The notes under the pieces were generated by a model that was given only the letters and a program-made list of their open reading frames with translations, searched no databases and had not been told where the DNA came from. Below are positions 57,259 to 64,000 of a DNA stretch of 64,000 bases, one piece after another (the first letter of the stretch is position 1; each line of letters begins with the position of its first letter). The DNA is from an uncultured virus (IMG/VR IMGVR_UViG_3300008108_007691) (lineage: Duplodnaviria > Heunggongvirae > Uroviricota > Caudoviricetes): the IMG/VR virus record IMGVR_UViG_3300008108_007691, positions 1-64,000 of that record; one strand, given 5' to 3'. The position numbers were made by a program, and so were the translations under genes.

Positions 57259-60200
57259 ATGGCAAACGAATTAGACCCAAAAAGTGTATTTTATGGTGTT
57301 ATGAGGGCTTTAAGAGGTCGAAAAGACCCGATGAAGTCTTTGGAACAAAGTAAGGATATATTATCCAGTACTCCTCCGACACAATCCTCTGATATTAATT
57401 TTATTCAGCAAAAACAACAACAATATCTTGACATACAATCTGTTAAAATTGCTCAAGATTTATATTCAAGAACGTTGTTTTATGATTCAGACAGAATTAC
57501 AGCATATAACGATTTTAGGTCCATGGATTTGTCTCCTGAAATCGCTGCTGCTTTAGATATAATCTCAGATGAAGTTTGCACTAGAAGTGAAAGGGGTCAT
57601 GTAATAACAATATATTCTGATAATTTAAGAATAAAGAAAATTTTACAAGAATTATTTTATAATACATTAAATGCTGAATTTAATTTAAGTTTTTGGACAA
57701 GAGAATTATGTAAATACGGAGATTGTTTCTTGAAATTAGAAATTGATCAGGATCAAGGAATATACGATTGTATGATTTTACCAGTTGGTGAAATTCATAA
57801 AGAAGTTGGTTATGATGGAAATCCAAAATCGACAAGATACAAATGGGATATTAACAATATGTTTTTTGAGGAATGGCAAGTTGCTCACTTTTGTTTATTA
57901 TTTGATGCTTCAAGATTGCCTTATGGTAGAAGTTTGTTAGATCCTGCAAGAAAACTTTGGAAACAATTACAGTTAGCAGAAGACGCTATGTTGGTTTATC
58001 GTTTATCCAGAGCACCTGAGAGGAGAATATTTTATATTGAAGTTGGGAACACAGATCCAAATGATGTTTATCAATTAATTGAGCAGGTAAAAAAGAATGT
58101 TAAAAAATCTCCTGTTGTTGATCCGAATAGTGGTCAAGTAAATTTAAAATACAATCCAATAACTTACGAAGAGGATTATTTCTTGCCAATAAGAGGGGAT
58201 AAGAGTTCTAAAATTGAAACTTTACCCGGAGCATGTCTTGCTTTAGATACAAAAATTGAATTATTAGATGGAAGAAGCCTAGAACTAAAAGATATAATTT
58301 CTGAATTTGAAAATGGAAAACAACTTTGGTCATATTCAATTAATCCAGAAACAGGAGAAATAGTTCCCGGAAAAATAACTTGGGCTGGATTAACTAGAAA
58401 AAATACTGATGTAGTAAAAATAACATTAGATAATGGTGAAACAATTACCACAACACCTGATCACAAATTTCCAACTAAATTTAATGGAATTAAACAAGCA
58501 AAGGATTTGCAAATAGGTGAATCTATGTGGTCATTCAATAAAAAATTTCAAAAAATTAAAGGAGCTGGTAAAAAAAGAAAAAGAAACACTTATGAAATGG
58601 TGTTTGATCATAATTCAAATGAATGGATATATACACATAGATTAGTAGCTAATTATTTTAAAAATTTAAATGAACATGAAATATTTTCATATCTAAATGA
58701 ATATTTTGATAGTGAAAAAAACACAATTCATCACAAAGACTTCAATAGATATAACAATTCACCCGAAAATTTATGTTTTATGAATCCGAAAGATCATTTT
58801 TATTATCACCAAGATAAAATTGATGAAATGTATAAATTTTTTGGAAATGAAATAACTGAATCATGGAAAAAAGAAAGAAAAAAGGGACTTGTAAAATATT
58901 TTGAAAACCTTAGCCCTGAAGAGCTTGATAAAAAAATAAAGACAGCGATAGATAACAGTTTAAAATCAAGAAAAAAATCAGCTTCTACTTTTAAAAGTAA
59001 TCCAAAAAAAGATGAAATAATTAAAAGAACTTCTAATAAAGCAAAAATAACTAAAAACAAGTTAGAAAATAAAATTCGATACAGTCAAAACTCAAAAAAA
59101 TTATGGGAAAATAAAGATTATGTAGAAAGTGTTATTGGTCCACAAAGGATTAAATATGATGAAAGAATGATCTCTATTTTATCTGATTTGATAAAAAATG
59201 GTTTTAATAAAACTCAGGATATTTTACCAATTATAAATGATTCAAACAATGAATTTTATAAAATTTTTAATGAGTTAAATTCAAATAATAAACAATTTTT
59301 AAAAAGCAAAGGAATCACACATAATAATTTAGATAAATTAGTAAAACATTTTGGATACAAAAATTGGAGAGAATTCAAAAATAGTGCTTATTGCTACAAC
59401 CATAAAATTGTTTCAGTGGAATTTTTATCCGATAAACAAGATACAGGAACTATCACAATTGATGGCCCTGAACAATATCATAATTTTCACAATTTTGCTT
59501 TAACCGTAGGCATTTTTACACAAAATTCTAATTTAGATGCCATAGCCGATATAGAATATTTACAAAACAAATTATTTGCTGCAATCAAAGTTCCAAAAAC
59601 ATATTTGAACTATGCTGAATCTATGCCGGGAGGTTCAACTCTTTCTCAAGTTGATTTGAGATTTGCTAGAACTATAAACAGAATTCAAGAACAGATAGTT
59701 CTTGAATTAAGAAGAATAGCTAATGTACATTTATACTTTTTAGGATTTGAAGATGACTTAGATAATTTTACTTTGACTTTGACAAATCCATCAACACAGC
59801 TAGAGTTATTAAAACTCGAAACTTGGAAAGCAAGAATGGAAGTTTTCAAAGAATTATTCTCAAGTGATGCCACTGCTCCTGTTTCTTATTCTTGGGCAAT
59901 GGAATATATTCTAGGTTTTTCAAAGTCAGAGATCAAACAAATTCTTAGACAAAAGAAAGTTGAAAAGAAAATGTTTTCTGAGATTGAGAGAGCAAATGAT
60001 GAATATATGGATACTGGTATATTCAAAGATTTGGATGAAAAATTTAGAAAACCAGATTTTGATGCTGGTGATGGTGGTTCAACACCTGAAGGTGGATCTG
60101 AATCATCAGGGGGAGAAGAGTCCAGTGGAGGTTTTGGAGGTTCTAGCGTATTAGGTGGTCTTGGAGGTGGTGCAGAAGCAACACCAGAAGCAACCCCTGA

Positions 60201-60402
60201 ATTAGGAGGAGCTGAAGCAGCACCGGAAGCAGGTGGAACTGAACCAGCAGCAGGCGGAGCAGAAGCTGAAGCTGGTGCCCCTTTAACTGAAAATAAATTA
60301 ATTGTTGAAAATAGAAAATTTGATATCCAAACAAGAAAAATGATGAAAAGCATAGACTCATATTTGAATAAGATCAAGGATGAGAATAGTGATTCTGAAT
60401 AA
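57259..60402 (+). CDS. portal protein (T4 gp20-like) with intein
   Basis: PEIAAALDII, EDAMLVYRLSRAPERRIFYIEVGN, EDYFLP.RG, IETLPGA|SNL..IADIEY. Confidence 0.93.
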   Translation: MANELDPKSVFYGVMRALRGRKDPMKSLEQSKDILSSTPPTQSSDINFIQQKQQQYLDIQSVKIAQDLYSRTLFYDSDRITAYNDFRSMDLSPEIAAALDIISDEVCTRSERGHVITIYSDNLRIKKILQELFYNTLNAEFNLSFWTRELCKYGDCFLKLEIDQDQGIYDCMILPVGEIHKEVGYDGNPKSTRYKWDINNMFFEEWQVAHFCLLFDASRLPYGRSLLDPARKLWKQLQLAEDAMLVYRLSRAPERRIFYIEVGNTDPNDVYQLIEQVKKNVKKSPVVDPNSGQVNLKYNPITYEEDYFLPIRGDKSSKIETLPGACLALDTKIELLDGRSLELKDIISEFENGKQLWSYSINPETGEIVPGKITWAGLTRKNTDVVKITLDNGETITTTPDHKFPTKFNGIKQAKDLQIGESMWSFNKKFQKIKGAGKKRKRNTYEMVFDHNSNEWIYTHRLVANYFKNLNEHEIFSYLNEYFDSEKNTIHHKDFNRYNNSPENLCFMNPKDHFYYHQDKIDEMYKFFGNEITESWKKERKKGLVKYFENLSPEELDKKIKTAIDNSLKSRKKSASTFKSNPKKDEIIKRTSNKAKITKNKLENKIRYSQNSKKLWENKDYVESVIGPQRIKYDERMISILSDLIKNGFNKTQDILPIINDSNNEFYKIFNELNSNNKQFLKSKGITHNNLDKLVKHFGYKNWREFKNSAYCYNHKIVSVEFLSDKQDTGTITIDGPEQYHNFHNFALTVGIFTQNSNLDAIADIEYLQNKLFAAIKVPKTYLNYAESMPGGSTLSQVDLRFARTINRIQEQIVLELRRIANVHLYFLGFEDDLDNFTLTLTNPSTQLELLKLETWKARMEVFKELFSSDATAPVSYSWAMEYILGFSKSEIKQILRQKKVEKKMFSEIERANDEYMDTGIFKDLDEKFRKPDFDAGDGGSTPEGGSESSGGEESSGGFGGSSVLGGLGGGAEATPEATPELGGAEAAPEAGGTEPAAGGAEAEAGAPLTENKLIVENRKFDIQTRKMMKSIDSYLNKIKDENSDSE
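58234..59526 (+). mobile_element. contiguous intein with HNH endonuclease (431 aa)
   Basis: CLALDT...TPDHKF...THRLVA...IHHKDFNRYNNSPENL...HNFAL..GIFTQN/S. Confidence 0.9.
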
Positions 60403-60407
60403 ATTAT

Positions 60408-60632
60408 ATGATACCACAATTTAACGATAATAATAATATTGATGAGAATTTTCAAAAATTAAAATTCTTAATTCAACAAACTGAACAAGATTTATATAAA
60501 TTTATTGGACCTACTAGAAACAGAAAAGCTGGAAGAAGGGCAAGAAAAAAACTAATTAGATTAAAAGAATTAGCTCACAAAGTAAGTATTGGGATTATGC
60601 ATCAAGGTCAAGAATTTGATTCTGAATATTAA
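60408..60632 (+). CDS. histone H1-like (Hc1-type) small basic protein
   Basis: FQKLK...DLYKF....NRKAGRRARK.L..LK.LA, a pattern of Bacteroidota Hc1-like proteins. Confidence 0.65.
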   Translation: MIPQFNDNNNIDENFQKLKFLIQQTEQDLYKFIGPTRNRKAGRRARKKLIRLKELAHKVSIGIMHQGQEFDSEY

Positions 60633-60683
60633 TTTACTTTGTTATTTTATTTTCATATTTTTATTTTATAAAATATAGAAAAA

Positions 60684-60983
60684 ATGTCTGATAACAATTT
60701 TATTAGCAAGTCTAATCTTATTCCGCAAGAAGAAAATAACAATAGAGAAAACAATGATGAACCTTCAACCTATTTATGCATAGGTAATGAACAAGATGGT
60801 CAACTAGAGATTGATCTTGTTCAATTCAGGGAAAAAAATGTTTCTATGAGATATTTGTCTTTAACATTTAGTGGTGTTAATCATAAAACCGGTCAAATAC
60901 AAAGTGCATTCATAAACATAGATAATGAGGAAGCCTTTGAAACAATAAAGAATTTTTTTAATCAACTTGACTGGAATAGTTAA
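60684..60983 (+). CDS. hypothetical protein
   Basis: 99-aa ORF. Confidence 0.6.
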   Translation: MSDNNFISKSNLIPQEENNNRENNDEPSTYLCIGNEQDGQLEIDLVQFREKNVSMRYLSLTFSGVNHKTGQIQSAFINIDNEEAFETIKNFFNQLDWNS

Positions 60984-60994
60984 TTATTTTTTTT

Positions 60995-61831
60995 ATGAAA
61001 TTAGTAAAGAAAATTACCTATAATAGAGTAATGCAATTACCTCAACACAAAAAGGTAATTACGATTTTTGATAAATTCAAAGAAGATCAAAATATTGATA
61101 AACATAACTCTATAAAAAGAACTAAAGATGCTTCTAAATTAAATTATTTTTTCGTCTTAGAATATGATAATATTTTAAAAAAAAAATTTAATTTCAACAA
61201 CATTTTGGATAAAAAATCCGGCAAAAAAAATGATGTTATAAATATAGAAAAACTAATTGAAGAGAAAGATAAAGTAGAGAAATACATTAAAGATAAAAAA
61301 GAAAATGAACCTAAATGTTTTTCTAAACTTGGTTTATTGAATGATGTTACAGGATGTTTTTTGATTGGCACAAATAAAAAAAATGTTAATCACGTCAAAG
61401 ACTTGGATTTAAAAAGTAAGAATAATTTAATTGTAGTAAAATTAGATTATAAAAATCTTCCAAAAGAAATAGAAGAATTATGTAATGACTTTTATAAAAA
61501 AACCCAAGAACAATTAAAAAAAGAAAAAGAGGAATTTGAGAAATTTTCTCAATTAAATAACGAACAGCAAGATATTTTTATAAATAATATTTTAAATAAT
61601 ATTAATTCTCCATCTTTTATTATTATAGATGGTTTTAATTTAAATCTTGAAAAAGATTATTTTAAAAATTCTGGATTTACCTTTTATGATGGTTTTTCAG
61701 AACAGAATCTACAGAATATCAATAACATAGAATTTTTAGAAGCTTTAAAAATAAATGCTGAAGAAAAGGAGCAATATGAATTCTGTGCAAAAATTCGTGA
61801 CCGTTTAAATGAAATTAAAAGCAAAATGTAA
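60995..61831 (+). CDS. protein with C-terminal UVR (UvrB/C) motif
   Basis: LEALKINAEEKEQYEFCAKIRDRLNEI. Confidence 0.65.
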   Translation: MKLVKKITYNRVMQLPQHKKVITIFDKFKEDQNIDKHNSIKRTKDASKLNYFFVLEYDNILKKKFNFNNILDKKSGKKNDVINIEKLIEEKDKVEKYIKDKKENEPKCFSKLGLLNDVTGCFLIGTNKKNVNHVKDLDLKSKNNLIVVKLDYKNLPKEIEELCNDFYKKTQEQLKKEKEEFEKFSQLNNEQQDIFINNILNNINSPSFIIIDGFNLNLEKDYFKNSGFTFYDGFSEQNLQNINNIEFLEALKINAEEKEQYEFCAKIRDRLNEIKSKM

Positions 61832-61833
61832 TT

Positions 61834-61863
61834 TGTAACTTTTTTTTTATAATTTCGTTTTAA
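61834..61863 (+). promoter_or_regulatory. ECF-type promoter TGTAAC-N16-CGTTT
   Basis: tgtaactttttttttataatttcgtttta upstream of the first sigma gene. Confidence 0.7.
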
Positions 61864-61889
61864 TTAACCACAAAAAACAAATTATAAAC

Positions 61890-62747
61890 ATGAGAAGCCT
61901 AAAGATTACAGCAACCATCACGGATAGAACTTTTATAATTGATAAATATTTCAATGATGTTTCTTTAATTCCGATGATTGATCAACAAAAGGAAGTTGAA
62001 TTAGCTCAAAAAATTAGAACCGGAGATAAAAACGCAGAAAATGAATTGGTAAAAGCCAATTTAAGATTTGTTATTTCATGTGCAAAAAAATATCAGAATC
62101 GTGGTTTGTCATTAGAGGAACTGATAGCAGAAGGAAATGTTGGTTTAATAAAAGCAGCTCAAAGATTTGATGAAACTAGAGGTTTCAAATTTATTTCTTA
62201 TGCTGTAGCTTGGGTAAGACAATCAATACTAGAAGCAATTGCTAAACATGGACAATTAGTTAGATTACCTCAAAATAAAATCCAACAACAAAATCATTTA
62301 AAAGATTTAATAAATAAAAAGAAATTAGAGAATAATGGTTATTTCTCTATAGATGAAGTTTGTAAAGAATTAAATATTGATCATAAAACATTCGATATTT
62401 TATACGTCGGAAACAAGACTTCTTCTTTAGATACAAAATTAACACCTGATTGCGAAACCACTTTATTAGATGTACTCAATCAAGATGTTTTGAATATTGA
62501 AGATTACGTTGCAGGTAATTATAGAAAAAAACAGATTGAATTAGCTTTTTCTTGTCTTTCAGAAATGGAAAAGGAGGTAATAAAACTCAGTTATGGATTA
62601 AATGATAAAAATCTGGAATTAACAAACACTGAAATTGCACACAAACTTGAATTTTCTTCGGAAAGGATCAGGCAAATTAAAGATAAAGCAATCAGAAAAT
62701 TGAGAGGTTTCATGAAAAGAAATTTGGGTTCAGAACTTCGTTTTTAA
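61890..62747 (+). CDS. RpoD/SigA-family sigma factor, Bacteroidota type, divergent copy
   Basis: MRSLKIT, ANLRFVIS.AKKYQ, GLIKAA.RFD..RGFKFISYAVAWVRQ, ERIRQIK; no region 1.1. Confidence 0.92.
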   Translation: MRSLKITATITDRTFIIDKYFNDVSLIPMIDQQKEVELAQKIRTGDKNAENELVKANLRFVISCAKKYQNRGLSLEELIAEGNVGLIKAAQRFDETRGFKFISYAVAWVRQSILEAIAKHGQLVRLPQNKIQQQNHLKDLINKKKLENNGYFSIDEVCKELNIDHKTFDILYVGNKTSSLDTKLTPDCETTLLDVLNQDVLNIEDYVAGNYRKKQIELAFSCLSEMEKEVIKLSYGLNDKNLELTNTEIAHKLEFSSERIRQIKDKAIRKLRGFMKRNLGSELRF

Positions 62748-62784
62748 TAAAAATTATAAAAAATTATAAAAAATTAGAAAAGTG

Positions 62785-62815
62785 TTGTCTTTATAGTTCA
62801 TATTTCTTATATTTG
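62785..62815 (+). promoter_or_regulatory. Bacteroidota SigA-type promoter
   Basis: TTG-N20-TATATTTG upstream of the second sigma gene. Confidence 0.6.
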
Positions 62816-62852
62816 TGAGATTACTTTTATCTATAGTAAAATCACAAACAAA

Positions 62853-63716
62853 ATGAGACAACTAAAAATCACTAAATCAATCACAAAGAGAGAGAGTCAA
62901 TCATTAGATTATTATTTCTCAGAAGTATCAAAAATCAAACTACTAACAGAAGAAGAAGAATATAATTTATTAGAGAGAATAGCAAACGGAGATAAAGCTG
63001 CACTAAATGAAATTGTGAAAGCTAATCTCCGTTTTGTTGTTTCTGTAGCTAAGCAATTTCAAAACCAAGGTATGAGCTTGGAAGATTTGATTTCTGATGG
63101 AAATTTGGGTTTAATTAAAGCAGCCGAGAGATTTGACAATTCTAGAGGATTTAAATTTATTTCTTACGCAGTTTGGTGGATTCGTCAATCAATCATGCAA
63201 TCAATTTCTGATAACGGCAAATTAATTCGTCTACCAAATAATCAAAATTTGGCAATAAATAAAATTAATAGAACTGCACAGCAATTAGAAATAAAACTTG
63301 AAAGAGAACCCACTGAACAGGAAATTGCTCAAGTCCTTGAAGAAACAGAAATTAAAATTAAAGATACTATGCTAAGTAACACTGGAAAGGTTGCTTCTTT
63401 GGATAGTCCTGTTTCTGACAGTGAGGATATGGTTTTAAGTGATTGTTTGATCAACAAAGAAATAACATCACCGGATGAAAAATTAATTAATGAATCTTTT
63501 TGCGATGATTTAGAGAAAATTTTGAAAAGTCTCCAACCCCGTCAAAGAGTTATAGTTTGTATGTATTATGGAATTTTGGGTTACCAAACTATGACTCTAG
63601 AAGAAATAGGTGACTATTTGGATTTAACAAGAGAAAGAGTTCGTCAAATTAAAGATATGACTATCAGAGTATTAAAATGTAACAAGAATAGCAAAGTTTT
63701 ACGTCAACACATATAG
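62853..63716 (+). CDS. RpoD/SigA-family sigma factor, Bacteroidota type, host-like copy
   Basis: MRQLKITKSIT.RES.SLD, ANLRFVVSVAKQ, SYAVWWIRQSI, LTRERVRQIK. Confidence 0.95.
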   Translation: MRQLKITKSITKRESQSLDYYFSEVSKIKLLTEEEEYNLLERIANGDKAALNEIVKANLRFVVSVAKQFQNQGMSLEDLISDGNLGLIKAAERFDNSRGFKFISYAVWWIRQSIMQSISDNGKLIRLPNNQNLAINKINRTAQQLEIKLEREPTEQEIAQVLEETEIKIKDTMLSNTGKVASLDSPVSDSEDMVLSDCLINKEITSPDEKLINESFCDDLEKILKSLQPRQRVIVCMYYGILGYQTMTLEEIGDYLDLTRERVRQIKDMTIRVLKCNKNSKVLRQHI

Positions 63717-63718
63717 AA

Positions 63719-64000
63719 ATGGCAAAAAATAAAATAACATACATGAAGTTACTGGAAAATATTAAATTAATGGATGGTACAGTAATAGATAAAGGTAGTT
63801 CTGTAAGAATGAACTTTAAAGAGGGTCCACATTTAAATGTTGAAATTAATGAAGGTCAAAATGTAAAAAAAATATTTTGGATTACACAAGATCAGGCTAA
63901 AAATTCTATTACAAAAAATCAAGTTTGGACAAAAAAGAATTTTGATGATCATAATAAAGATTTAAAGGAAACTTGGTTTGAATCTGATTTAAAAGACAAT
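63719..64000 (+). CDS. hypothetical protein, truncated by the window end
   Basis: ATG 2 nt after the sigma stop; frame open to the end (MAKNKITYMKLL...). Confidence 0.55.
   Translation, partial: MAKNKITYMKLLENIKLMDGTVIDKGSSVRMNFKEGPHLNVEINEGQNVKKIFWITQDQAKNSITKNQVWTKKNFDDHNKDLKETWFESDLKDN

Noticed and set aside
59886..60455. 189-aa antisense ORF and other short shadow ORFs in the track
   Set aside because: They lie inside well-supported genes on the opposite strand or frame, have no recognisable motifs, and are explained by low-complexity or codon bias.
62748..62780. Short tandem repeat (aaaaattata) about three times between the sigma genes
   Set aside because: It is AT-only, short and has no spacers, so it is not a CRISPR array. 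It could be an UP-like element, but I cannot support that.
63678..63705. Possible fifth ECF-type promoter, TGTAAC-N18-CGTC
   Set aside because: The spacer is too long, the T-tract after TGTAAC is absent, and it lies inside coding sequence.
1..64000. Bacterial chromosome origin (infC, dnaJ, clpC, ssb, SigA, OmpA)
   Set aside because: These genes lack their usual bacterial operon context; for example, no rpmI/rplT follows infC. They are interleaved with T4-like terminase, portal, baseplate genes and homing endonucleases.
1..64000. Stop-codon reassignment, as in some large Bacteroidota phages
   Set aside because: Long conserved genes are intact under the standard code, coding density is high, and TGA and TAG both end genes at sensible positions.
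1..64000. tRNA, rRNA or CRISPR loci
   Set aside because: Intergenic gaps are short and AT-rich, and I saw no cloverleaf or repeat-spacer pattern. A tRNAscan or Infernal run would be needed to exclude small RNAs.

Overview
This very AT-rich, gene-dense window is best read as part of a large T4-like (myovirus-type) phage genome, probably infecting Bacteroidota. The host inference rests on two region-1.1-less SigA-type sigma factors, TAnnTTTG promoters, an Hc1-like protein and an OmpA-family protein. The window holds host-takeover genes (IF3, PrsW, DnaJ, ClpC, Nudix, two PcfJ proteins), replication and repair genes (RadA-like ATPase, SSB, dUTPase, UvrD, fused SbcD-SbcC, primase, RuvC-like resolvase), a baseplate and tail-fibre block, and the terminase and portal genes, each carrying an intein. 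Five observations stand out. (1) The clpC gene is fractured in its second Walker A motif by an atypically split intein (28-aa IntN, 139-aa IntC), with a free-standing Vsr-like endonuclease between the halves. (2) Two very large proteins contain hidden ECF-like sigma motifs, and a four-copy ECF-type promoter (TGTAAC-N16/17-CGTTT) is present; together they suggest a possibly virion-delivered sigma cascade. (3) A candidate late promoter, TATTTAT, often lies almost on the start codon or inside a hairpin. (4) An [ST][GA]xT motif recurs through the virion proteins. (5) A giant tail-fibre gene is broken by a frame change. All calls come from reading motifs by eye; no database searches were run. I saw no tRNA, rRNA or CRISPR array.
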